Below, one piece after another: positions 1 through 8,747 of a DNA stretch of 64,000 nt. The first letter of the stretch is position 1; each line of letters opens with the position of its first letter. The stretch lies in the IMG/VR virus record IMGVR_UViG_3300025141_000018. One strand, given 5' to 3'. Source of the DNA: a virus (Duplodnaviria; Caudoviricetes). The notes under the pieces are model-generated. The model searched no databases and was not told the origin of the DNA. It was given only the letters and a program-made list of their open reading frames with translations. The translations under genes and the position numbers were made by a program.

Positions 1-564
1 AGTGATTTTGATGATGTACGTTATTGGCATAATAGCGGAGCCGATGTAAGGATTACACCAACAACAGCAGGCTCAACCACAACGGCCGGAACAACATGGG
101 CTGGTATTGTATCAAAAATAGGCACTTATTATTGGACCATCGACGGAGCCAATTATACCGGAACAGGTGGAACAATATATGGTCTTAATTTTTGCAACTT
201 AACAACTGATTATAAACTATCATTTGTTAGTGGAGCATCATCGGGTTATAGCGGATATTCAGGATATTCCGGGTATAGTGGATATAGCGGATATTCAGGA
301 TACAGTGGATATAGCGGTAGCGGATATTCAGGATACAGTGGTTACTCTGCTGATAGGGTAAAAATATATGTCAAATTAATAGATAACGAATTATATTTTA
401 AAGTACAATATATAAGTTCCATGGGAGCTCCGATAGACGGAACCCAATCAATACAATGGCAATGTCGTGCAGGAGCAGACATAGCAAGCCGTGGTATTAA
501 ACATCATACAACAAAGCCAAGTTATAGTATTATAAATACCATGACAAGTTCCGACGATTCGTAA
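1..564 (+). CDS. 5'-truncated putative virion structural/tail-fibre-associated protein with (GYS)n repeat
   Basis: Frame 1 is open from base 1 to TAA 562-564 (absent from the ORF track because it has no start): SDFDDVRYWHNSGADVRITPTTAGSTTTAGTTWAGIVSKIG...LTTDYKLSFVSGASS(GYS)8GS(GYS)3ADRVKIYVK...DDS*. It is Gly/Thr/Ser-rich and resembles large-phage structural proteins from recall. Confidence 0.7.
   Translation, partial: SDFDDVRYWHNSGADVRITPTTAGSTTTAGTTWAGIVSKIGTYYWTIDGANYTGTGGTIYGLNFCNLTTDYKLSFVSGASSGYSGYSGYSGYSGYSGYSGYSGYSGSGYSGYSGYSADRVKIYVKLIDNELYFKVQYISSMGAPIDGTQSIQWQCRAGADIASRGIKHHTTKPSYSIINTMTSSDDS
244..348 (+). repeat. Coding tandem repeat, 11 x Gly-Tyr-Ser (9-bp unit, synonymous variation) with one GS interruption
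   Basis: ggt tat agc / gga tat tca / gga tat tcc / ggg tat agt ... ggt tac tct; codons vary while the peptide is conserved. Confidence 0.95.
531..538 (+). promoter_or_regulatory. Candidate T4-like late promoter TATAAATA at the head of the cluster
   Basis: Exact TATAAATA about 36 nt upstream of ATG 574, with aagga SD at 566-570. Chance matches are frequent in AT-rich DNA. Confidence 0.45.
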
Positions 565-573
565 AAAGGAAAT

Positions 574-927
574 ATGGATGAAAGATTACAAAAAGCATTA
601 GACTTCACAAACTACAGATTAGTGCTAGAAAATCAAAAAAATAACCTTAAACTTGCTTCAGATCAAAATCTCCATGTCATACATTCAGGACAAAAAATTA
701 AAATAACGCACTCACTTATTAGTTTTCTTGGTACATTAAAACAAGAAAAACAAAAGGAAACTACACTTATTGATGCCTATGATAATCCTGTAAAAATTGA
801 CAATATAGATGAGTTATTAAAATCATGTATTGAAAAATATAACTCAACAATGAATGACTGGAATATACAATTTAGTAAGATTAAAAAAGCAAGAAATATG
901 GAAAAATTATTAGATGCCTCAAAATAA
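574..927 (+). CDS. Hypothetical protein (conserved-looking phage protein preceding a GT pair)
   Basis: 117 aa ORF with SD; overlaps next gene; no catalytic motif recognised. Confidence 0.7.
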   Translation: MDERLQKALDFTNYRLVLENQKNNLKLASDQNLHVIHSGQKIKITHSLISFLGTLKQEKQKETTLIDAYDNPVKIDNIDELLKSCIEKYNSTMNDWNIQFSKIKKARNMEKLLDASK

Positions 928-1822
928 TGGATTATGTGCCTTTGCATATAATAATGATGAAATCAACTATGTTGAAATGGCATATATTTGTGCATTACAC
1001 GCAAAAGCATATTTAAAAAATAATAACTTTTGTTTAATTACTGACGAGGGTTCCCTCTCGTATATGAAACAATTATACAAGCCTAAAATATTAGAAAAAG
1101 TTATCGACGTTGTAATGGTAACAGAAAATCCCCTTGAAGATATGGGGGAAAATAAAAATATACGGAATCATTTTGATAGTCCGTGGACTGAATTTAGAGC
1201 CCCATTTATTAATAGCAATAAACACGAAGTGTATCAAATTACTCCGTATGATAAAACTATTTTAATAGATTTAGATTACCTTGTGATGTCAAACATGTTA
1301 GATAGTTATTTTGAAATGAATTCGCCAATAGGTATGTTTGTTAATGCAAAAAACATTCGTGGAAATAACCCATTATGGAAAGAAATATGGTTACATAATG
1401 CAGGTATAAAAATGAAATGGTCGACTGTTATTGCATTTGATAAAAGTGACGAGGCAAAAATATTTTTTGATATGTGGGAATATGTTAAGGATAATTATAA
1501 TTACTTTAAATTTTTATATAACTTTCCACAAGGACTATACAGGACTGATTATTGTGTAAGTATTGCTTCGCATATTATGTCTGATTCAAAAGAATCAGAC
1601 TGGTATAATTTTAACGAAAGAATGTACTTTAGTGATCAGAAAGATGAGATATATGATTTTAATGACGGGATATATAGCATTATGGCTAATGATCAAAAAG
1701 AAAACTGGAAAGACATTCCAGTGACATGGAGAGATGTAGATATTCATATGATGAATAAACGATCAATTAGTAGAATAGCACCTAAGGTAATAGAATATTA
1801 TGAAAAAGAGCTCAACTTATAA
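914..1822 (+). CDS. GT-A fold glycosyltransferase-like protein (GT8/nucleotide-diphospho-sugar transferase-like)
   Basis: DxD-type motif TPYDKTILIDLDYLV, FCLITD, late D motif YRTDYCVSIA. Confidence 0.6.
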   Translation: MPQNNGLCAFAYNNDEINYVEMAYICALHAKAYLKNNNFCLITDEGSLSYMKQLYKPKILEKVIDVVMVTENPLEDMGENKNIRNHFDSPWTEFRAPFINSNKHEVYQITPYDKTILIDLDYLVMSNMLDSYFEMNSPIGMFVNAKNIRGNNPLWKEIWLHNAGIKMKWSTVIAFDKSDEAKIFFDMWEYVKDNYNYFKFLYNFPQGLYRTDYCVSIASHIMSDSKESDWYNFNERMYFSDQKDEIYDFNDGIYSIMANDQKENWKDIPVTWRDVDIHMMNKRSISRIAPKVIEYYEKELNL

Positions 1823-2663
1823 AAAATGGAAGATAACGCCAATAGAAGCAGACTTTGGTATTACATTGTTATTAGATAAAAATAGTGATCCAGTACAAAA
1901 AGACTGTTTGTTTGTATGTGTTAAAAGTATTAAAAAATCATATCCTGATGTTCCTATTGCAGTAATAACAGATCAAAAGTTAAACATGAAAGAAATTGAT
2001 TATCTTATTCCGCAGGAAATTGCTATTGATAGTTATTGGACTGATAAGAAAATTAATCTTTGCACTTTGTATTGGCTAACCCCATTTAAAGTTACGTTAT
2101 TTCTTGATAATGATTTTATAATAACCGACAATCAAAATTTTAATCAGTACTATATTGAATTAATTAAAACAATAACTTTTCCGCAAACTGTTTTAAGTTT
2201 TAGAGGATACAAGTTACCATATAATCATAGAGTACTAGAAGAAAACAATATTCAAACTATTCTTCCTCATACTTTTGCATTTAAAAGAGATGACGAAACT
2301 ACGTTAGAGTTTTTTAATTTATGGTATCAAGTTTGTCAATATTGGCAATCATTTTTTCCATATGTTAACAAGACTATTAAATTTAAAAACTTTGATTCAA
2401 CAATAGCATTATCATTGACTGCTCATATATTGGGCATAACTAAAGAAATTAAAAGTAATGTATACACATATGTACATATGAATCCGTTCTTAGAAAGAAC
2501 ATTTCCTGGAATTAGAAATCCAGCATGGTCATCCTTCTTAAAAATATGGCCTTCTGACGATGGAATAGCAATAGAAAATTATAAAGTAAATAAGTTACTA
2601 CATTACAAAGATAAAAAAGTTATCTCAATATATAAGAAGCAATTACATGAGTGGTTACGTTGA
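1800..2663 (+). CDS. GT-A fold glycosyltransferase-like protein, paralog of 914..1822
   Basis: IAVITD, LYWLTPFKVTLFLDNDF, FDSTIALSLTAHILG parallel the upstream gene. Confidence 0.6.
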   Translation: MKKSSTYKKWKITPIEADFGITLLLDKNSDPVQKDCLFVCVKSIKKSYPDVPIAVITDQKLNMKEIDYLIPQEIAIDSYWTDKKINLCTLYWLTPFKVTLFLDNDFIITDNQNFNQYYIELIKTITFPQTVLSFRGYKLPYNHRVLEENNIQTILPHTFAFKRDDETTLEFFNLWYQVCQYWQSFFPYVNKTIKFKNFDSTIALSLTAHILGITKEIKSNVYTYVHMNPFLERTFPGIRNPAWSSFLKIWPSDDGIAIENYKVNKLLHYKDKKVISIYKKQLHEWLR

Positions 2664-3642
2664 AACAGTTGACAGGAATCATAAATTGTGGGTTTATAGT
2701 AACAAATATACTGGTGCGGTTTTAGAGTTTAGACATAGACCAAGCGAAACGTATGATACAGAAAATATACGTGAAACATTGCACCAAACAGAAGACGTTA
2801 AAGGATACTTAGAAGAAGATGTTAATTATAATAAACTTCAAGTACACTATAATCCCGACATTCGTGATTACGATATAAAACTTAAAGATAATAAAATTAA
2901 CATTCGTGTTGATGAACAATCCTTATTTCAAGTTCCTGAATTTGAGTGGGATAATACGTATGGCGACATTAATGTAATCATTGATAAAGATAATGATGTT
3001 TTATATTTCAAAGTAGGACAACAAATATATGACGAATTACTAAACTTAGAATTAAGTAATCAAGTTAATATTACAACTAATCAAAACGTTTTAGAATTTT
3101 GGATTACAAAGAAGAACCAGCCACACATTTTGTTAGATACTTTAAAATTAAACACAAAACAATTTTTAGCAGATGGACAATATACATTTGATATTTCTGA
3201 TATTAAAACTCACGTAAATTATAATGAACTAAGTATTTTTACACAACGTCTTTTCTCAGATTATAAGATGTTTTATAAAAACCAATTTTCAGCAATACTT
3301 GAAAACCAAGAAAAATTTCATACAATTCAAGTAGCAATGCATGAAAAATATTCAGACTTAGCAATTTGGCAAGAACAAGTAGAACTAGATTATAAAACTA
3401 ACACATATTCAAAACGTTATGCTTGTATGTCGTCTATTAAAAACTTTGCAAAGTACGATATTTTAGATGACTATATACAATTATATTGTGTAAACAAAAA
3501 CAATACAAACGATTTAATCGACGTTATACGAATACCTATATTAGAAATAAAAAACGAACGAGTATATAACTTTTGGATTAATACAAATGAAGAAGTAAAC
3601 TTTCTTCATAATCACCAAAAAATCTTAATGGGCATACAATGA
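2647..3642 (+). CDS. Hypothetical protein with an internally duplicated beta-rich segment
   Basis: FWITKKNQPHILLDTLKL resembles LYCVNKNNTNDLIDVIRI; coupled to both neighbours. Confidence 0.6.
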   Translation: MSGYVETVDRNHKLWVYSNKYTGAVLEFRHRPSETYDTENIRETLHQTEDVKGYLEEDVNYNKLQVHYNPDIRDYDIKLKDNKINIRVDEQSLFQVPEFEWDNTYGDINVIIDKDNDVLYFKVGQQIYDELLNLELSNQVNITTNQNVLEFWITKKNQPHILLDTLKLNTKQFLADGQYTFDISDIKTHVNYNELSIFTQRLFSDYKMFYKNQFSAILENQEKFHTIQVAMHEKYSDLAIWQEQVELDYKTNTYSKRYACMSSIKNFAKYDILDDYIQLYCVNKNNTNDLIDVIRIPILEIKNERVYNFWINTNEEVNFLHNHQKILMGIQ

Positions 3643-4610
3643 GAATACCAATTACAGAATACGATGTTGTATTCATTAGTTATGATGAGCCTAATGCTGA
3701 TGATAATTATGCAGATTTACTTAATAAAATTCCATGGGCTAAACGTTCGCACGGAATATGGGGAAGCGATGCCGCACATAAGGCGGCCGCGGAAATAGCC
3801 GAAACTGATAGATTTATTGGTATTGATGCTGATAATATTATTGATCCTGAATTTTTAAATATCGAATTAGATGATACAAAAATTGATATGTCTGTTGATG
3901 TTATTAGCTGGAGTGCTAAAAATCAAGTAAACGGTTTAGTATATGGCAATGGAGGAATTAAATGTTGGCCTAAAGCCGTAGTTGAAAACATGATGACACA
4001 TGAGAATTCCAATTCTAAAGAAGGACAAGTAGACTTTTGTTGGGACATACATTATGTGCAAATGAATAATATTTATAGTACAATTTTTAATAATGCAACT
4101 CCATATCAAGCATATAGAGCAGGCTTTCGCGAAGGTTGTAAGATGAGTTTAGATATGGGAGATGTTGTACCTGCAGACCAATTTAAAGCACGAGTACACT
4201 ATAAAAATTATAAACGATTATTAGTATGGATGTCTGTTGGTGCAGATACATTAAATGGTTGGTGGTGTATGTATGGTGCTCGCTTAGGATGTTGGATGAC
4301 AAACTTTGAACGAGATAATTGGAATTGGGTTGATGTACGTGATTTTGAATGGCATACACGTTACTGGAAAGAGAATATTGCTCCACAATTTGAAAGTGAA
4401 GTAAATGCTGGGGTAACCTGTACTTATACAGGTTGGACATATGACTTTGATAAATTAATATCTGAGACATGTAGAATAGGCGAAGATTTAAGATCAGAAT
4501 TAAACTTAGAAATTGCCGATCTTGATGATTTAGGTAGTAAATTCTTTAAAGAAACTTACACAAATCCGCCACGAACCGCTCCATTAATTAGAGAGGATCA
4601 AATAATATGA
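3639..4610 (+). CDS. GT2-like (GT-A) glycosyltransferase
   Basis: DVVFISYDEPNAD, HKAAA, FIGIDADNII (DxD), YGNGGIKCW, AYRAGFREGCK; paralog of 28380..29096. Confidence 0.65.
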   Translation: MRIPITEYDVVFISYDEPNADDNYADLLNKIPWAKRSHGIWGSDAAHKAAAEIAETDRFIGIDADNIIDPEFLNIELDDTKIDMSVDVISWSAKNQVNGLVYGNGGIKCWPKAVVENMMTHENSNSKEGQVDFCWDIHYVQMNNIYSTIFNNATPYQAYRAGFREGCKMSLDMGDVVPADQFKARVHYKNYKRLLVWMSVGADTLNGWWCMYGARLGCWMTNFERDNWNWVDVRDFEWHTRYWKENIAPQFESEVNAGVTCTYTGWTYDFDKLISETCRIGEDLRSELNLEIADLDDLGSKFFKETYTNPPRTAPLIREDQII

Positions 4611-4663
4611 GTATATTAAATGAAAATTGGGAAATATGAGTATATTAAATGAAAATTGGGAAA
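4604..4663 (+). repeat. 29-bp tandem duplication spanning a stop/start junction
   Basis: aatatgagtatattaaatgaaaattgggaaa occurs at 4604-4634 and 4633-4663 (period 29). Confidence 0.95.
4607..4639 (+). other. 10-codon mini-ORF MSILNENWEI* created by the duplication
   Basis: ATG 4607 overlaps upstream TGA 4608-4610; its own TGA 4637-4639 overlaps ATG 4636. Confidence 0.5.
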
Positions 4664-6144
4664 AAAGAGGTAATTATATAGTTCATTCGTCGCATAATTT
4701 TGAATTAATGAAAAACAAACAAGACGAAATAGGTCCTGGGTTTTGTATAGCAAAGTGGAATCAAGTTTCGTTACATTTAGAAACAGGATTAACACATAGT
4801 TGTCATCATCCAACAGCTCATGAAATACCGTTAGCAGAATTAGAAAAAAATCCTTCTGCATTACACAATACAGAGTTTAAAAAACAACAAAGAAAACTCA
4901 TGCTTGAAGGTAATAGGCCTAAAGAATGCGATTATTGTTGGCGTATTGAAGATCAAAATCAGTATAGCGATCGGCAAATGAAAACTATCGAGCCTTGGGC
5001 ATTAAAAGATTTTGATGAAATAAGTTTAATGACCGGTGATGAAAATGTTCCTCCAAAATATTTAGAAGTTAGTTTTACTAATGCATGTAATCAAAAATGT
5101 ATATATTGTGGGCCTGAATTTAGTACGGCTTGGATAGAAGAATTGAAGGAACACGGACCAGTAGTAGTTCTAAAAGAATATAATAACTATAAACGTATAG
5201 AGCAAGGATGGCAAAATTTAGATGATCTTTATTATAAAAAAAATCAAACCAATCCTTATATAGATGCATTTTGGAAATGGTTTCCAGAAATTTATGATAA
5301 ATTAGAAATATACAGAATAACAGGAGGCGAACCTTTATTAAGCAAAGATACTTTTAAAAGTATGGAGTTTTTTTTAAAAAATCCCAATCCTAATTTAGCA
5401 TTAGCAATTAATAGTAACCTTAGTGTACCTGAAAAAGTATGGTCAAAATTTATAAATTTATGTAAAAATCTCATTACTTCAAAAGCAATAAGTAAATTAA
5501 CAATATTTACAAGTATAGAAAGTTGGGGCGAACAAGCAAATTATGCTAGATATGGTTTAGATTTTGATGTTTATAGACAACGTATAGAAGAAATTGCAAA
5601 TATAAATGATTTAAGATGTGTTTTTATGTCTACTTATAATATTTTGAGTGTACCTTCTTTTTATAAAATATTAGAATGGCAATTAGAGCTAAAGAAAAAA
5701 TACAATACAATAAATTTAGATAAAGAAAAACCATCACATTCTTGGTTGATGGGTATAGATATTCCGTACCTTAGACATCCTCAATATTTAGATGTAGGTA
5801 TTCTCACAGATGATATAAAAGAAAAATATATGTTACCTTGTTTAGATTTCATGAAAAACAATATTTCGTCAGACCATACTGGATTTGAAGAATACGAAAT
5901 GATTAAGTTTCAACGTATTATCGAATCATTTGATGTTCCTAAAAACAATAAAACAAAATTAAGTATACGTAGAGCAAAATTTTATGATGTAATAAATGAA
6001 ATGGACAAAAGACGAGGTACAAATTTTTTAAAGACTTTTCCTGAATTAAAAGAATTTTATTTTGAATGTGAAAAAAATAGGAATATGATAAAATATGCAG
6101 TAAATGTAGTAGTTGATAGAGAAGCATATGAGTACGGTCCATAA
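4636..6144 (+). CDS. Radical SAM protein with N-terminal twitch-like domain
   Basis: CNQKCIYC motif, ITGGEP, N-terminal FC..KW...SCHH...CDYC; start placed at the second duplicated ATG. Confidence 0.9.
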   Translation: MSILNENWEKRGNYIVHSSHNFELMKNKQDEIGPGFCIAKWNQVSLHLETGLTHSCHHPTAHEIPLAELEKNPSALHNTEFKKQQRKLMLEGNRPKECDYCWRIEDQNQYSDRQMKTIEPWALKDFDEISLMTGDENVPPKYLEVSFTNACNQKCIYCGPEFSTAWIEELKEHGPVVVLKEYNNYKRIEQGWQNLDDLYYKKNQTNPYIDAFWKWFPEIYDKLEIYRITGGEPLLSKDTFKSMEFFLKNPNPNLALAINSNLSVPEKVWSKFINLCKNLITSKAISKLTIFTSIESWGEQANYARYGLDFDVYRQRIEEIANINDLRCVFMSTYNILSVPSFYKILEWQLELKKKYNTINLDKEKPSHSWLMGIDIPYLRHPQYLDVGILTDDIKEKYMLPCLDFMKNNISSDHTGFEEYEMIKFQRIIESFDVPKNNKTKLSIRRAKFYDVINEMDKRRGTNFLKTFPELKEFYFECEKNRNMIKYAVNVVVDREAYEYGP

Positions 6145-7603
6145 AGCATTTTTAGAGCCTACTGTTAACTATATTAAACGAGTTCTCAATTCAAAAAGTA
6201 AATCATTTTGCGGAGCAAAATGGTATAATGCAACTATATGGTTAGGACAAGGAGTTAATTCTAGTTGTCATCATCCGCCTCCGCATCCTATAGACCAAAA
6301 TGAGATTAAAACTAATTATAAAGCAATTCATAATACAAAATATAAAAAATTAGTTCGTAAACAAATGTTAGAAGGAATCCGGCCTTCTGAATGCGAATAT
6401 TGTTGGAAAATAGAAGATAATAATATTAATAATATAAGTGATAGATTTCATAAAAGTGTAGTATATACAGAAAAAGAATTGCGAGATATTACTAAATTCA
6501 AATGGAATGAAGATGTAGATTTATTAACATTGGAAATTGCATTTGATAATAATTGTAATTTTGCATGTAGTTATTGTAATCCTACGTGCTCCGCTACATG
6601 GAGTAAAGATATAAGAACACATGGTGCATATAATAGTTTACAAGGAGCAGATGATGTCGGTTTAACATTTGCTCAAACCGGAGAATGGGCGTTACCATAT
6701 GGATCAAAAAATGAGAATAATCCTTATGTAGAAGCATTTTGGAAATGGTGGGGTGCCGATTTATGTATTACATTAAAAGAATTGCGGGTAACTGGTGGTG
6801 AACCAACTGTTAGTAATAATTTTTGGAAATTACTAGATTGGTGGAAAGAGCATAAAGAATGCCAAGTAATATTAGCAATTAATTCTAATTTGGGTTTTAA
6901 ATTTGAAATATGCGATAAATTAGTTAAAGCTAGCCATTATATAAACACATGTCATATTTACACAAGTAACGAAAGTTATGGCAAACATGCAGAATATATT
7001 AGAGATGGATTAGTTTGGGACCAATGGACTGATAATTTAAATATTATAGCAAAACATAGTAGAATAAAATTAATACATATAATGTTTACGGTTAATGCAT
7101 TGTGTTTAGCAAGCATTACAAAATTAATAGAATATATTTTTACTTTTCAAGAAACATATAAAGATATTAAAATAGATATGAGTTTTAATATCTTGCGGTG
7201 GCCTAGTTTTCAAAGTATTACAACATTACCTAAATATTTGGTTGAACAAAAAATTAAAGAATTGGAAGAATTTATAGAACATAATAGTCAGCCACCATAT
7301 TTTAAGGAAGGTTTAAAAAGTCATCAAGTAGATAGATTAATTACTTTAATAAATTATTTAAAAAACGAAGTTGAAGGATTTGATGGTGCAACCGATTTAA
7401 CCAAAAGACAACAAAATTTTAAAGCATTTTATACTCAATACGATCAACGCAGAAATAAATCTTTTATTGATACATTTGCTGATTGGCCGGAATTAGTTGA
7501 ATGGTATAATTCTTTAGATTATAAATTTGTACCTCAAGAACGAACTAGCGGTGTTCAACCTAAAAATGATCATTATAAAAGAGTGTTAGATGATAAAATA
7601 TGA
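6128..7603 (+). CDS. Radical SAM protein with N-terminal twitch-like domain, tandem paralog of 4636..6144
   Basis: CNFACSYC, VTGGEP, FCGAKW...SCHH...CEYC, shared NPY.EAFWKW. Confidence 0.9.
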   Translation: MSTVHKAFLEPTVNYIKRVLNSKSKSFCGAKWYNATIWLGQGVNSSCHHPPPHPIDQNEIKTNYKAIHNTKYKKLVRKQMLEGIRPSECEYCWKIEDNNINNISDRFHKSVVYTEKELRDITKFKWNEDVDLLTLEIAFDNNCNFACSYCNPTCSATWSKDIRTHGAYNSLQGADDVGLTFAQTGEWALPYGSKNENNPYVEAFWKWWGADLCITLKELRVTGGEPTVSNNFWKLLDWWKEHKECQVILAINSNLGFKFEICDKLVKASHYINTCHIYTSNESYGKHAEYIRDGLVWDQWTDNLNIIAKHSRIKLIHIMFTVNALCLASITKLIEYIFTFQETYKDIKIDMSFNILRWPSFQSITTLPKYLVEQKIKELEEFIEHNSQPPYFKEGLKSHQVDRLITLINYLKNEVEGFDGATDLTKRQQNFKAFYTQYDQRRNKSFIDTFADWPELVEWYNSLDYKFVPQERTSGVQPKNDHYKRVLDDKI

Positions 7604-8747
7604 AGATATTAAAAAAATTCACGTTGAATTAAGTTCAAAATGTAATGCTAATTGCCCTGGATGTCCTCGAAATGTTCAAGGAGGATATGAGCTCCCCTCA
7701 TTAAAAAAAGCAGAATTAAGTATAGATGATTTTAAAAAACTTTTTTTAAAAGATTTTTTAAAACAAATAGATTCGATTTTATTTTGCGGTAATTATGGCG
7801 ATCCTATTACTTGCAACGACATTATTCCTATATTAACTTATATTAAATCATGTAGTGACGCAAATATAAGAATTCATACTAATGGTAGTCTTAGAACACC
7901 CGAATTTTGGAAAAACATTGCAACTATTCTTTCGCCATCTGATACGATTATATGGAGTATAGATGGATTAAGCGACACGAATCATTTATATAGACGAGGT
8001 ACTGATTGGAATAAAATTATAGATAATGCAACTTCATTTATAGAAGCAGGAGGTATCGCAACTTGGGAATATTTAATTTTTAAGCATAACGAGCATCAAA
8101 TAAACGAAGCACGTGAATTATCAAAAAAATTAGGATTTCAATATTTCGCTCCTAAAAAAGCATTTGGGTTCGAATCAGACAATTATGCAGTTAAAGCAAT
8201 GCAAGTTGTTAATAAAAATGGTGATCATGATTATTTTATACATCCCCCCAGTGAGAAAAATAGAAATATAGATGTTTTAAAAGCAAAGCAAAATAAAAAC
8301 GAAAAACTATATCCTCATTCCTATAATCGTAATAAATTTATTGAAGATTATAATATAAAGTGTAAAGAATTAAATAAACTAGTTTCAGAAGGTTATTTTG
8401 ATTATTTAGATGATGTAGAAGTAAGTTGTAGTACCATAAACAATTCTGAGATATTTATAGATAGTTTCGGAGGAGTTCATCCGTGTTGTTACTTAGGACA
8501 TGTATCACAAGAAGCCGATTCACATGTAGAAATTCAATATGCTAATTTTATAAATATGCTAGGAACATCGTATAATTTTAATGGTATTACACATGGTGTT
8601 CGTTATATAGTAGAAAATTCATATTTTAATCTAATAAAAGAAACTTGGTCAAAGACTCATAGAAATGGCCGAATAGCACAATGCTCTAGAATGTGTTCAA
8701 AAAACGATAACATTATAGATAGTTTATATAATAAAGAAAATGCATAA
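7590..8747 (+). CDS. Radical SAM protein with C-terminal SPASM/twitch-like cysteines
   Basis: HVELSSKCNANCPGC, FCGNYGDP, C-terminal SC...HPCC...QCSRMC; paralog of 34454..35530. Confidence 0.9.
   Translation: MIKYEDIKKIHVELSSKCNANCPGCPRNVQGGYELPSLKKAELSIDDFKKLFLKDFLKQIDSILFCGNYGDPITCNDIIPILTYIKSCSDANIRIHTNGSLRTPEFWKNIATILSPSDTIIWSIDGLSDTNHLYRRGTDWNKIIDNATSFIEAGGIATWEYLIFKHNEHQINEARELSKKLGFQYFAPKKAFGFESDNYAVKAMQVVNKNGDHDYFIHPPSEKNRNIDVLKAKQNKNEKLYPHSYNRNKFIEDYNIKCKELNKLVSEGYFDYLDDVEVSCSTINNSEIFIDSFGGVHPCCYLGHVSQEADSHVEIQYANFINMLGTSYNFNGITHGVRYIVENSYFNLIKETWSKTHRNGRIAQCSRMCSKNDNIIDSLYNKENA

Noticed and set aside
244-348. CRISPR array or collagen-proper call for the 9-bp repeat
   Set aside because: No spacers; the repeat is in-frame coding with synonymous variation; it lacks Pro, so it is only collagen-like in periodicity.
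8549-8556. Additional TATAAATA matches inside coding regions
   Set aside because: The motif is expected many times by chance at this base composition; only those near gene starts or gaps were kept, at low confidence.
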